In this document: piece by piece, positions 10,184 to 20,631 of the stretch | Numbering within the stretch: position 1 is the stretch's first letter | Layout of the letters: each line of letters begins with the position of its first letter | IMG/VR virus record: IMGVR_UViG_3300032304_001768 | Location: 1 to 64,000 of that record | Reading direction: 5' to 3' (one strand) | Length of the DNA: 64,000 bases | From: a virus | The notes under the pieces: generated by a model | The model's database searches: none | What the model was told of the DNA's origin: nothing | Seen by the model: only the letters and a program-made list of their open reading frames with translations | Position numbers and translations under genes: made by a program

Positions 10184-10429
10184 TCAATTTAATAAATCAA
10201 GTGATTTCTCTATTTCAATAGCAGCATATTTTCCAACGTTGCTTCTTTTCTTACCTGCCAAGTCGTGCATCCATTTCAATTGAATGCGCAGAGCTTTTCT
10301 ACGCTTTTCCAATTCTGGATTATTGAATTTTGCACCGTATTCGTTTTTGATCAGTTGATCCAGAACAGCAATCATAGTTGCTTCTGCATCGTCCAATCCC
10401 TTATTGTAAGCCTCTTGAATGGTTATCAT
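10184..10429 (-). CDS. Hypothetical protein
   Basis: 81-aa ORF directly downstream of the polymerase. Confidence 0.6.
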   Translation of the reverse strand: MITIQEAYNKGLDDAEATMIAVLDQLIKNEYGAKFNNPELEKRRKALRIQLKWMHDLAGKKRSNVGKYAAIEIEKSLDLLN

Positions 10430-10430
10430 A

Positions 10431-13013
10431 TTATTCTGAAAATAGATCTAAAAGTTCACAACGTAAATTTTCAGTAGGTCTTCTCAGATACCATCCAACT
10501 GCTTTGTAGAAGAAATTGATATTGTTATACATCAGCTTCTCAAACATCTGTTCGAAATCCACCTCAAATTCATTTCTGAACTCTTCTGGATAATTAGTGC
10601 CGTATGCTATTACGTCAACCCCGTATTTATTCGGTTTTTTAACATTCAAATACCTGATCTTATCACCTTGTTTCAGTTTTGGATACTTCCCAGCAATTCC
10701 CATACGCTCAATAATCGTATTGTGGTAGTAAGCAGCTTTCATATGCTCTTGCATACCTTTTGCCATGTTGTTCAAGCCTTCGCAATTGTTCGCATACTTG
10801 TCAAATGTATTGATTCCGCTGATCCTAGAAATATTCTCATATGCTAGAGTCTTGAACGTCTCGTATGCTTGATTGAAAAGTCTATCAGATGACACCTTAC
10901 TCTTTTCCGTGATCATATTTTCTATGATTTCCTTCAAATAAGGCTTTAGTTTTTTAGGCATTGTAGTTTTAACGACCGAAACTCCACGATATTTAAACTT
11001 GGAAGTTTTGAAACCTTCATCATCCACAAGATGCAAGACGTAATACTTCTTTTTGAGGAACATACCTGCATCGCAAATGGCTTCTCGCTTGAACACAAAT
11101 CGAGGATCGGAACTTCTCAATTCAGAAGCTGCCCATGTTGTCATACCAGCATTCAGATAATCTTCAATATAATCGCAGAAATCGTAAAAATCTGAATTCA
11201 ATTCCCCATTTTTGAACAATGGAATTCCTTTGTTTTGCACACACTTCAACGAAACGTGAACTGAGTCAGTATCATTGTAGATGATGAATTTTTCGAGAGT
11301 ATCAACTGAGATTTCTGGAAACTTTGCTCGAACGCTATCGACAAACAAATCATTGGATTTTTTAATAACTGATTGTCCTGTCAATGTAACTGATGATGCA
11401 ATGTCATTATCGCCCATGGGCGCGTAACCATTTCCCATGTATCCATAAAGCGAGTTTAGATTGATCTTATATGCATACTGAACTGAATCAAATCTATTCA
11501 TGTCATCGGTCAGTTGCAATATTTCTTCTTTTGAAAGAGAATCATCTTCCAGTTTTTTACGACAATCCTTGAACGCCTGCTGCATCTTCTTTCGTTCGGC
11601 ATACAACCAATCCAAATATTCAGGAACAATACCCTTGCGCTTTTGAGAAAACAAGAAGTTTGCCTTTGTCATACACAACTGTTCAGCAATTGCATACTGT
11701 TCAAACTTATCCTTTTGAAGAGAATACATCTTACCGTTCACATGATAAATGTTGACAACATCATCAAGCTCTTCGTATCTGCCAATCTTGGTTTCTGGAG
11801 ACAAATTCAAAGAAATCATAACACTTGGATACAGCGAGTTGGCGTCAAAGATGACTAAGTTTTCACTAAGTCCTACAACAGGATCTTTGACATAAGCGCC
11901 CGGATTCTTTCCAGTTTTCAAAGGTCTTATGAATGTTGGAATACGCTGATCGCGCTTTCTAGCTTGCACAGCCAACGCGCCATTCATGATAGGAAGCGTT
12001 GAAATAGCTTTATCGATGTTTGTAAGACCGATGTTGGCAAGGAATCGCAACGTTTTCATGTAACGAAGCTTGTCATCCAAATTAACGAGAAGCTCAACGT
12101 CCTTGATGTTGTATTCAACAAACGTTTTCCAATCCTTAACAGCCAGTTCCCACAATTGACCATCGTATTCAAGCTTTTGCTCTCCAAGTTCAACTTCGGC
12201 AATGTAGTCCAGCTTATAGCTTTCCTGTTTGTCCAATTTAAACTTCTGATAAAGCACCATGTAGTCTACCGATGCAACGCCTTCGATAATCAATTCAAAT
12301 GGTGGTTCGCCAAACTTTACTTTCTTCTTCACCTTCTCATATATACGACCGATTGGAGATAATCTCTTCTGCCAATCCTCATTCAAAACAGCAGCGATTC
12401 GATTTACAAGATATGGAATGTCAAATCCGCTTGAATTCCATCCTGACACAACATCAGGATAATCCATTTCCCAAAACTTAACGAAAGTTTTCAACAATTC
12501 TTCCTCTGATTTACAATGAATGTATTTTATCTTCTTGTCTGAAATATGAGAAGCGTCAAATGGGCGCAATCCAAATGTGACATAACGGCACTTGATCGCA
12601 TCGTAACACGTAATCAAATTGATCGTGTCTTCTGGATTTTGAATATCAGGAAACTTCCCCTTGTTGCTGAAAGTCTCGATGTCGATAAACATCACCTTCA
12701 AAGGGAATTTGCTAAAATCCTCATCGGTGTTTTGCATCCAATAATTGTCAACGAGGAACTGTTGAGCGGGTGGAATATTTTCAAACAACCTTTTGAGCTT
12801 TGAATCTTTTACAAATTTTCTGCGGTCGAAGTCCGTGGCGAACTCTTTCTTGCGCAGCTTGGTTTTGAAAATGCTCTCTTCGTTGCCGTTTTTATCTTCG
12901 ATCAACAAATACGGATTGAAATCCAAGTCGTATTGGACTCGGTTTCCGTTGGCGTCCCATGTGAACAGGTGGACGCACTTTTCTCGGTTGTTGTAGACGC
13001 AATTTCGATACAT
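10431..13013 (-). CDS. Family B DNA polymerase, gp43-like
   Basis: Exonuclease motifs 'DIET', 'GWNSSGFDIPY', 'YNIKDV'; polymerase motifs 'DANSLYPS', 'KINLNSLYG', 'YNDTDS'; start set at ATG 13013 after a TTGACG-N16-TATTGT promoter. Confidence 0.97.
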   Translation of the reverse strand: MYRNCVYNNREKCVHLFTWDANGNRVQYDLDFNPYLLIEDKNGNEESIFKTKLRKKEFATDFDRRKFVKDSKLKRLFENIPPAQQFLVDNYWMQNTDEDFSKFPLKVMFIDIETFSNKGKFPDIQNPEDTINLITCYDAIKCRYVTFGLRPFDASHISDKKIKYIHCKSEEELLKTFVKFWEMDYPDVVSGWNSSGFDIPYLVNRIAAVLNEDWQKRLSPIGRIYEKVKKKVKFGEPPFELIIEGVASVDYMVLYQKFKLDKQESYKLDYIAEVELGEQKLEYDGQLWELAVKDWKTFVEYNIKDVELLVNLDDKLRYMKTLRFLANIGLTNIDKAISTLPIMNGALAVQARKRDQRIPTFIRPLKTGKNPGAYVKDPVVGLSENLVIFDANSLYPSVMISLNLSPETKIGRYEELDDVVNIYHVNGKMYSLQKDKFEQYAIAEQLCMTKANFLFSQKRKGIVPEYLDWLYAERKKMQQAFKDCRKKLEDDSLSKEEILQLTDDMNRFDSVQYAYKINLNSLYGYMGNGYAPMGDNDIASSVTLTGQSVIKKSNDLFVDSVRAKFPEISVDTLEKFIIYNDTDSVHVSLKCVQNKGIPLFKNGELNSDFYDFCDYIEDYLNAGMTTWAASELRSSDPRFVFKREAICDAGMFLKKKYYVLHLVDDEGFKTSKFKYRGVSVVKTTMPKKLKPYLKEIIENMITEKSKVSSDRLFNQAYETFKTLAYENISRISGINTFDKYANNCEGLNNMAKGMQEHMKAAYYHNTIIERMGIAGKYPKLKQGDKIRYLNVKKPNKYGVDVIAYGTNYPEEFRNEFEVDFEQMFEKLMYNNINFFYKAVGWYLRRPTENLRCELLDLFSE

Positions 13014-13076
13014 TTCGACCAACAATAGCACGATTTGGGAATCCGTCAATCCCAAATCGTGGCATTTTATTCATGG

Positions 13077-14282
13077 TTAATTCCATTTTTTGAGCAATTG
13101 TCTTGATGGATCGCCGTAAGGAGTATCCAAAGCTTCAAGGTGACATCCAATATTAGCATCCAATTCTAGGAATCTATGAGATGCAATTTCTCTCAATTGA
13201 GGAATCAACTGGAAATACTTTGAACGGTTTTTCCAATTTAAAAGCTCATCAACCTTCTGAGCAAGATCATCGCCATCTGTAAATTTAAGATTTGGCAACG
13301 CATTTTGATACGTTACCATATCTTGACACAAACAAGGAATTCCAAGACAAGCAGCTTCGATATATTTGATATCGGACTTACTTCTATTGAAGTTATTGTC
13401 TTGAAGCGGAGCCAAGAACAATTGAGCATCCAAGCTATTAAGGAAGTTTGGATATTCCAATAGGTTTTTCCAAGGATAAACTTCGATCTTCTTGCTGAAG
13501 GCATACTGAACGAGAGGAGGCGGCACCGCACCCATGAAAATGAATTGATATTTATCAATATTATCAATAATGAATTTGATCACATGAGTAAAGTCGTCTT
13601 GCTGCTTGGTATTGTTGCCAATATCAAAGTGGGCAGCTGAACCAGCGTAGACAATACGTGGTTTTTTCTTGTTCTTTTCAAATGCGTTAATATTCTTCTT
13701 GTAATCATATTGATGGCCGATCCACCAATAAGGCGCAAAGTTAGGGATTACCGTAATTTCCTTTTTTCCTGTGCGCTCTTGGTAGAGAGTTTTCATGAAA
13801 TCGCATGTTACTGTAACTTCATCGACCATATTGATCATATCAATGCAGTTCTGTCTGATTTCATCAGAGTCAAACGCTTTTTTATTGTTGTTGTAATCGG
13901 GAATGTCTTCTCTAAACACAACGTCATCAACTTCGTAAATGAGCTTGAAGCCCATTTCTGATTGAATCGACTTCAGATATTGCATGAATTCCTTTTGTGG
14001 ACCGCTTGCTTGTCTCTGAAGTTTGATAGTGGTAATATCTCTATACCATTCTTTTTCAAGAATCATTTTGGTAGTTGAGAGAGAATCACCTCGTCCTGTC
14101 ATATTGATTAGATATTCAGGCCACCCAATTCTCCACATACCGCAACCACCTCTATCAGCCATAAAATTAACATAACGTTTTGGCTGATTTGGATCTTTCG
14201 CAACTTTTTGAGTTGTGATTGAATTGGACCTCATTCCCGGAAATGCGGTTGGGAATGGAGAAGGAAATGGATTTACAAACAT
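13077..14282 (-). CDS. GT-B fold glycosyltransferase
   Basis: 'GCGMWRI.WP', 'YEVDD', 'VIPN', 'APLQDNNFNRSKSDIKYIEA' motifs. Confidence 0.85.
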   Translation of the reverse strand: MFVNPFPSPFPTAFPGMRSNSITTQKVAKDPNQPKRYVNFMADRGGCGMWRIGWPEYLINMTGRGDSLSTTKMILEKEWYRDITTIKLQRQASGPQKEFMQYLKSIQSEMGFKLIYEVDDVVFREDIPDYNNNKKAFDSDEIRQNCIDMINMVDEVTVTCDFMKTLYQERTGKKEITVIPNFAPYWWIGHQYDYKKNINAFEKNKKKPRIVYAGSAAHFDIGNNTKQQDDFTHVIKFIIDNIDKYQFIFMGAVPPPLVQYAFSKKIEVYPWKNLLEYPNFLNSLDAQLFLAPLQDNNFNRSKSDIKYIEAACLGIPCLCQDMVTYQNALPNLKFTDGDDLAQKVDELLNWKNRSKYFQLIPQLREIASHRFLELDANIGCHLEALDTPYGDPSRQLLKKWN

Positions 14283-14316
14283 ATGATAGTTATTTTATCA
14301 TATCAGAATGTCAACA

Positions 14317-14970
14317 TTAGAATCTCCTTTTTTGTGAGTAAAATGACGGCTGCTCCATCTCCATACCGTATGTATTTTCTTTAGGCTTGTTCAATTCATT
14401 GCCTAGTCTTTTTTCATCTTCTTTGCGTCGAAGTTCTTGATCACGCAATTTATATTCATCATCAGCTGTAGGTTGCATGGTTTCCAATTCTTGAAATGTA
14501 ATGGTATTTTCCATTGTGTTTCTGTCACTTTTAAATGGATCTTTCCAAGAAAAATCATAATTGTAATCATTTGGATCTGCTCCAATTGCATCTAATGAAT
14601 TTTTTACACTTTCTGTGTAAACTGTTGTTGGCGCTGACCAGAAGCTGTAGATTTTAAATTTAGGCCAGATTCTGAATTTTTCATACTCCCTTTTAGTTAC
14701 GATCAATTTTAATTCTTCTGGAGTTTTTATGTTTGTTTTGATATCAGACATATCATCTCGCCTGATTTGGCTGAGAAATCTATTGTGCCCTTGCACATGA
14801 TTGCTCATCGCAAATTTACCATTATATGAAACTATTCCAGTATAATTCTTCAAAGAAGAATCAGAGTAACTGTATGATACATCATCAATCGTGATCGTAT
14901 CGGGAGATTCCATAAGATTTAACACCGATTCAACATACAGTTGGGAAATATTTTCAAGATCTTTTTTCAT
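14317..14970 (-). CDS. Hypothetical late protein
   Basis: Start reassigned to ATG 14970 (MKKDLENISQLYVES), 5 nt after TAAATA. Confidence 0.7.
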   Translation of the reverse strand: MKKDLENISQLYVESVLNLMESPDTITIDDVSYSYSDSSLKNYTGIVSYNGKFAMSNHVQGHNRFLSQIRRDDMSDIKTNIKTPEELKLIVTKREYEKFRIWPKFKIYSFWSAPTTVYTESVKNSLDAIGADPNDYNYDFSWKDPFKSDRNTMENTITFQELETMQPTADDEYKLRDQELRRKEDEKRLGNELNKPKENTYGMEMEQPSFYSQKRRF

Positions 14971-14974
14971 GAAT

Positions 14975-16777
14975 TTATTTAACTCTTCGAGTAATATCAT
15001 TCTCCTTTTCCAGATTGATAATTTCACCGTCAATATGCTTCATAGTCTCTTTTCTATGGGAAATTGCATACACGCTCATGTTGTTTTTCACAATTCGATC
15101 TTTCAATACATTGATCAACAAATCCAATCCTCTTTCGTCAAATGCACCGTCGAAAATTTCATCATAAAATTCAACATTTGAAGAAACGCCGTTGATCTTT
15201 CTGCGCATATCCGAGAAGCTCAAAACACATGCAATATCAACGCTTCGTCTTTCAGCACCTGATAAATTGCTGTATGAGAACTTTTTATTCTTTCCAGTTA
15301 AAATCTCTTCATCAAAATACTCATCGAATTTACATTTAATCGGCATTCCAAGATCCTTGAGATATTTCGCAATCGTGCCATTTAACATATCCAACAATTT
15401 CTTAATGACAAAGCTTTTAACACCTTCTTCTCCCAATACGAATTTGCAAATGTCGTAATCCGCTTCTTTCTGCTTGTGCAATGCTACATCAGAGTCTAAG
15501 TTTTCCTTCTTACCTACTGCATTTTTTATGTTTTCTGTAAACGCTTCGGTTGAAAATGTAGTGTTTTCAGCATCCATTTTCAAATTATCCAATGAATCAT
15601 TGTATTCTGTCAATCTCTCAGACAGATAGGTTCTCTTTTGCTTGTTTTCCTTGTCTTGAGTTTTTTTAGAAACAATCAAACCTAAATTAGCTTGCAATTT
15701 CGTCTTTTTGTCTCTCCAATCACTTAAAGTTTTTTGCAGTTCAGCCACTTCATTTGAATATGTCTCAATATCGAGATTATGTTTTGCAACCAAAGATTCC
15801 AAAAGAGCTACATGATCATGCTCGATATTCTGCAAGCAGCTTTCGCATTGCACACCTTCGTCTACATTTGACATTTTTCGGATTTCATTTCGAGCATATC
15901 CAATGTCCTTGTTTTTGTCAGATATTTGAGTTGACAAAGTTACTATCTTACCATCAATCAATGAAATTCCTTTCATCGTCTTGTTTTCTTCATCTATCAA
16001 TGCATCAATATCCAAGTCTGCTGGTAATTCATCCAACATACTCTGCGTCTTAGCGATCTTATTCAAGATCTCATTCTTACGGAGATTGAAAATCTCCTCA
16101 CGTTCGGATTTTTGCTTTTCAATTTCTTCCATCTGCAACTCGTATGCCTTTATGGATGTTTTCACTTCTTCCAAAACCGCTACTGATACATTCAATTCGT
16201 TTTTGTTTTCGGAAATTAGCTTCTTCAAATCCTTCAACATCATTCCGAAAATTTCAATTCCGAAAATATCCTCGATGAACTTTCTTTTATCAGCTGATGT
16301 TTTGGACATGAACGATGTGGTATCGGTCAATGTCATAATATCACAGCTTTTATGAATTGTTGAATTTGTGCTTAGAAGATCGCAAATATATTTGTTGGTA
16401 TTTGCGATACTGTCTCTGGTAATGTCCTCATCGCCTCTCCAAAGCTCGACTTTACTTGGCTTGACTTGTCTAACGATTTTGTAGCTCTGGACTCCTGTGG
16501 TCGTTTCTACGTCAAACAGCAGTTCGATTTTGCCTTTACCTTTGGTTACATTATTGACAATGAATTCGCTTTTAATTTTTCCGATTGTCTCTCCGAAAAG
16601 AGCGAAGAAATAAGCAGACATCAACGCGCTTTTCCCAACTGCATTTTTACGGTCTGGATTGTCGATGTTTGTTCCTGTTATCAAATTCAATCCCTTGTGG
16701 AAATTAACTTCGATAGCATCATTTCCTATGCTTAGGAAATTTTGAACGGTAAGGCGTTTGTATTTGATTTTTTTCAT
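14975..16777 (-). CDS. Recombination ATPase, gp46/SbcC/Rad50-like
   Basis: 'NFLSIG', Walker A 'NAVGKS', zinc hook 'CESC', signature 'LSGAE', 'DEIFDG', 'ISH'. Confidence 0.95.
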   Translation of the reverse strand: MKKIKYKRLTVQNFLSIGNDAIEVNFHKGLNLITGTNIDNPDRKNAVGKSALMSAYFFALFGETIGKIKSEFIVNNVTKGKGKIELLFDVETTTGVQSYKIVRQVKPSKVELWRGDEDITRDSIANTNKYICDLLSTNSTIHKSCDIMTLTDTTSFMSKTSADKRKFIEDIFGIEIFGMMLKDLKKLISENKNELNVSVAVLEEVKTSIKAYELQMEEIEKQKSEREEIFNLRKNEILNKIAKTQSMLDELPADLDIDALIDEENKTMKGISLIDGKIVTLSTQISDKNKDIGYARNEIRKMSNVDEGVQCESCLQNIEHDHVALLESLVAKHNLDIETYSNEVAELQKTLSDWRDKKTKLQANLGLIVSKKTQDKENKQKRTYLSERLTEYNDSLDNLKMDAENTTFSTEAFTENIKNAVGKKENLDSDVALHKQKEADYDICKFVLGEEGVKSFVIKKLLDMLNGTIAKYLKDLGMPIKCKFDEYFDEEILTGKNKKFSYSNLSGAERRSVDIACVLSFSDMRRKINGVSSNVEFYDEIFDGAFDERGLDLLINVLKDRIVKNNMSVYAISHRKETMKHIDGEIINLEKENDITRRVK

Positions 16778-17799
16778 TATTGCTTATTCTTTTCAAAAAG
16801 TTCACTATTTATATTTTTGACTCGTTCGAGTTGATCATCTTCCAAACCTAATTGTTCGTAGAATTCATCAAACATTCCCTTGATGTCAATAGAATCAATA
16901 TTTTCAACATCTTCTAATGTCGCTGTGACTGTATTGTGATCGACTGTAAATTGCCAAGGGCCGAGCTTGCCCAATGCTGCTTCCAACTTTTCAAGCTTCT
17001 TCTCATCAATATCGATATCAACGACCAATTTAACTATGTTATTCGCTACTGTGTCTTTGTTTATAGTCTTCAACGTGCTTAAAAACAACTTCGTGAATAT
17101 TGGCGACACAGTATTTTCAATAAACTCAATCGATCCATCCTCAACATCAAGCAGATGATAGCCTTTTGTGTTTCCAACATCGGAAAAGTCCATTGGGAAA
17201 CAACTTCCAACGTAGTGAATTGAGCCTTCTTTATACTTTTTGCTGTTTCTATTGTGGAAATGACCGCTGAAAATAGAAGTCGCTTTGGTTTTGAACAGGT
17301 CCATCGGAGTAAGACCGTGTGTGCAAACCGTGTAATTGTTCATTTTGAATGTTTGAATTTCAAAATGCCCAAACACATAGTCGAATTCAGAATCTGGAAT
17401 GTCATTATTCCAAGGAACCAGCAAAAAGTTCTTGTCAAATGCTGTGAACTCTACGTTTTTGTCAACGAGTGTGATGTTTTCATGCCCTCTGACCATTCCA
17501 AGACTATGAACATCGCTTCTATTTTTATAATACGCATCGTGATTACCAATAATCATGAACATATTAAAGTTTTTAAACTTTTCAATAATTTGAGACGCTA
17601 CGTGGATAGTTTGAACACTAATTTCACTTCTATTATCGAAGAAGTCTCCCAAAAAGAAGATGTCTCTGATTTTTCTATTCGTTAAATCAGAGACAATCCA
17701 GTCTGCCCATTGCAGTGCCGTCTCATGCCATTTCTCAGAATTACCGTAAATTCCTAAATGCAGGTCTGTAAAGATGGCAACTTTACTTTTTTTAATCAT
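16777..17799 (-). CDS. Recombination nuclease, gp47/SbcD/Mre11-like
   Basis: 'DLHLG', 'GDFFD', 'GNHD', 'GHFE', 'SGHFH'. Confidence 0.95.
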   Translation of the reverse strand: MIKKSKVAIFTDLHLGIYGNSEKWHETALQWADWIVSDLTNRKIRDIFFLGDFFDNRSEISVQTIHVASQIIEKFKNFNMFMIIGNHDAYYKNRSDVHSLGMVRGHENITLVDKNVEFTAFDKNFLLVPWNNDIPDSEFDYVFGHFEIQTFKMNNYTVCTHGLTPMDLFKTKATSIFSGHFHNRNSKKYKEGSIHYVGSCFPMDFSDVGNTKGYHLLDVEDGSIEFIENTVSPIFTKLFLSTLKTINKDTVANNIVKLVVDIDIDEKKLEKLEAALGKLGPWQFTVDHNTVTATLEDVENIDSIDIKGMFDEFYEQLGLEDDQLERVKNINSELFEKNKQ

Positions 17800-17829
17800 T
17801 GCAATATTAAATCACAATGATGCCATTTG

Positions 17830-18339
17830 TCAATCACAATAAGAACCATAATCCGACGAATCGTCGTCATCTGATGAGAATCCAGTTGGTTTGACATAAA
17901 CGTGAGCATCCGATTCATTCATAGTTTGCTCATAAACCATTTGTTTGTATTCTTGCAGGGCGTCGTGTTGTCTATTTTCTTTCTTGATTCTATTTGTAAA
18001 TGCATTCCATGCTATTTGGTTAAAATAACTAAATGGATTGAATCCTATTGAAATATCATACTTTTTACCTTCCAAGGCTGAATACATTTTTATGATGGCA
18101 TCTCCAACCATTTCTTCCTTCCAAGAATTAGTGTAATTGATAAACCTCCAATTATAGCTTAACCCCTCTGCAATTTTAACGATATACGACGCCAATTCAT
18201 TCGTCATTTTATCTGTATTATAATACTTTTCAATTTCCATCATAAACTCATTTGTGTATGACTTCTTTGGTGTTTTGATCTCATCATCGATCTCTGGTAT
18301 TGTATCAAGCGCATCGGCGGCATTGTTAATTTCGTTCAT
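17830..18339 (-). CDS. Late-transcription sigma factor, gp55-like
   Basis: 'IAEGLS...FINYT..WKEEMVGDA', 'NPFSYFNQIAWNAF'; start at 18339 via ATGA overlap. Confidence 0.92.
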   Translation of the reverse strand: MNEINNAADALDTIPEIDDEIKTPKKSYTNEFMMEIEKYYNTDKMTNELASYIVKIAEGLSYNWRFINYTNSWKEEMVGDAIIKMYSALEGKKYDISIGFNPFSYFNQIAWNAFTNRIKKENRQHDALQEYKQMVYEQTMNESDAHVYVKPTGFSSDDDDSSDYGSYCD

Positions 18340-19781
18340 AAAGTTATTTCTAGTTCTTTCCAAGGAAGCTGCTCTTCTTCGTAATATTGCTGTCTCAGAG
18401 CGGCGTGTTCCATTGAATAATGGATGTTGTCGGAAATATCAATCACAGCTAATTTTTGCTTGCTGTTGTGTAATCGCAGTCCTCTACCAATTCCTTGTAT
18501 TATTCGTATGAAGCTTTTGCCTCCAGATGCGAATACGATATTGTGTAGGTTTTTGATGTTAATACCTGTGGAAAAAATGCTACTCATAGCTACGCAGACA
18601 ATATCGTCATTTGCTTCAAGTTCTTCGATAACGCTGTTTCTATCGGCTACGTCAACCTCCCCTTTGATAAGGTGGATTTTCTTATTGTCTATTGTCGAAA
18701 GCAATGCCTGTAATATTTCAGCATGCTCCAAGTGATTCACCAATACCAATGTATTGTTTGGTAATTTAGCCACAATTTTCTTAATGAAATTGTTTCTTGG
18801 CTCGCTGTTGTAAATGTAGGACAATTCAGCCAGATAATCTTCGGTTGGTGTTTTGTCCTTTTTCTTTACCCGTTTTGGAATAAGTTTTTTAGGGTGATTC
18901 AATCTAATCATTTTCACCGCTACATCGGTGAGCACCTTTTCGTCTCTTAATTCCTTGCTTGTTTTCACATAAAGCACAGGTCCGAATGTCCCGATGATTT
19001 TCCAAGTATCGAATTGATCTTTTGGAAATGTTCCCGTCAATCCAAATCGGTTTGGTGTTTTTATTTTGGAAACAGCCTTTGCCAATTTCGATCCAATTTT
19101 AACGCCATGACACTCATCCACGATAAGCAAGTCAACATCTAAAATCCATTTATTGTCATCAAATTTAGAATTGAGATTTTCCGTGTTGCAAATTACAATT
19201 TCAGTATCTTGTAATTTGTTCTTTCCAGTCCAGCCCGAATATGCGAAATTAACTTCATATTCGGCAAAATCCTTTTGTAATTGTCCTACCAAACTTGTCC
19301 CCGGAACAATGATAAGGCATTTGAATGTTTTGGATTTTCTATTTCTCCAAAAGTTCTCGATGATAGAAGCGATACAAAAGCTCTTTCCTGAGCCTGTGGC
19401 GCTCTTTAAGGTGCCTCTACCATATTTTAGAGACAATGATACCATTTCCAATTGAAAATCCCTATGAGGGTATTTAAAGCCGTCAAATACCTCATCAACT
19501 GATATCCCACATTTCAGAGCATTTGTAAATTCTGGTGTGTATTGAATGTTGGTGAACTGACTGTCGATCAAGAATTGAATAATTTCCTTATACAGTCCAA
19601 AATCAAAACGACCGATATTGTCAATCGCATGCTTTCTATCTGGTATCTTTCGATTGAATTTTTTAGCGAACTTAGCGTTCTCATTTTTTACGCTAAATTT
19701 GCCACGCACTAACGACAATTGTGCGGGATCACATATTATCTGACCTTTTCTAGTGTGTGTATCGTAGTGCAGCTTAATCAT
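18336..19781 (-). CDS. uvsW: SF2 DNA helicase
   Basis: 'ATGSGKS', 'DECH', 'GLTGT', 'STGINIKNLHN', 'QGIGRGLR'. Confidence 0.95.
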   Translation of the reverse strand: MIKLHYDTHTRKGQIICDPAQLSLVRGKFSVKNENAKFAKKFNRKIPDRKHAIDNIGRFDFGLYKEIIQFLIDSQFTNIQYTPEFTNALKCGISVDEVFDGFKYPHRDFQLEMVSLSLKYGRGTLKSATGSGKSFCIASIIENFWRNRKSKTFKCLIIVPGTSLVGQLQKDFAEYEVNFAYSGWTGKNKLQDTEIVICNTENLNSKFDDNKWILDVDLLIVDECHGVKIGSKLAKAVSKIKTPNRFGLTGTFPKDQFDTWKIIGTFGPVLYVKTSKELRDEKVLTDVAVKMIRLNHPKKLIPKRVKKKDKTPTEDYLAELSYIYNSEPRNNFIKKIVAKLPNNTLVLVNHLEHAEILQALLSTIDNKKIHLIKGEVDVADRNSVIEELEANDDIVCVAMSSIFSTGINIKNLHNIVFASGGKSFIRIIQGIGRGLRLHNSKQKLAVIDISDNIHYSMEHAALRQQYYEEEQLPWKELEITL

Positions 19782-20185
19782 TAGTTCATTTCCAATTGAT
19801 GGAATTTCAAAATATTCTCAAAGTCCTTGGCACTATATTTAATAGTTTCGTATATACGTTCTAACTGTTTTACAGTTAATTTCATATCCTCAATCTCATC
19901 AGTTAATTCTTCGACACTTTCACTCTCTTCGATTTTATCAAAAGTGGATTTGTTTAATTTGACAGGGCTGTTATCCAGCAACTTCTTGGATAGATTTTTA
20001 ACCAACTTCTTCTTTTTCATTTCAAGCCCTCTTAATGATTGCTCTGCTTTACTGAGTTCGTTTGCCCAATATGATTTTTCACCGGGAACCTGATTTAGCT
20101 TATCGCCCAATGTCATTACATTGATGTCGGTAGCGAATAAGGTTAATCGCTGTTCGTATTTTAATCGAATGTTTTGTTGACTCAT
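19781..20185 (-). CDS. uvsY: Recombination mediator, UvsY-like
   Basis: 134-aa coiled-coil protein adjacent to uvsW; size and pattern fit. Confidence 0.65.
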   Translation of the reverse strand: MSQQNIRLKYEQRLTLFATDINVMTLGDKLNQVPGEKSYWANELSKAEQSLRGLEMKKKKLVKNLSKKLLDNSPVKLNKSTFDKIEESESVEELTDEIEDMKLTVKQLERIYETIKYSAKDFENILKFHQLEMN

Positions 20186-20211
20186 TTACACTATCCATAA
20201 TAAATAATAAT

Positions 20212-20493
20212 ATGTCAATGTCAAGTAAAGATAATGAAGAAATAAGAAAATTATACGAATCAATTTATGTTGAAATGACATCAGGTGAAGTTGTTGGGCC
20301 TATCACACCAACAATAACCGATTTGGGTAAACCAAATGCTGATACTTATGCTCCGGGAGACGCCAGAATTGTAAAAGGCGGTAAGAAGAAAAAGAAACCG
20401 AGAGTGCAAAGAAGGAATATGGGATATGAGGATACATTATTGTATCAATCTGATAATGTCAAGGACATTAATAGGAATATTTCAAATAAGTAA
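20212..20493 (+). CDS. Small hypothetical late protein
   Basis: TAAATA-N5-ATG; leader 'KDNEEIRKLYES'. Confidence 0.7.
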   Translation: MSMSSKDNEEIRKLYESIYVEMTSGEVVGPITPTITDLGKPNADTYAPGDARIVKGGKKKKKPRVQRRNMGYEDTLLYQSDNVKDINRNISNK

Positions 20494-20631
20494 AAAAAGT
20501 TCTATTTTACCTATTGACAATTACAAAAAGTGAGGTAGTTATGGGTTGTAGTGGGTGGGCTTGGTATAATATAATATATAATATAGATTATAATAGCTAT
20601 TGTAATAGGGTTTGAATTTTGTAATTACAGT

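Noticed and set aside
10431-13013. Intron or intein in the DNA polymerase
   Set aside because: Continuous ORF of normal length with normal motif spacing.
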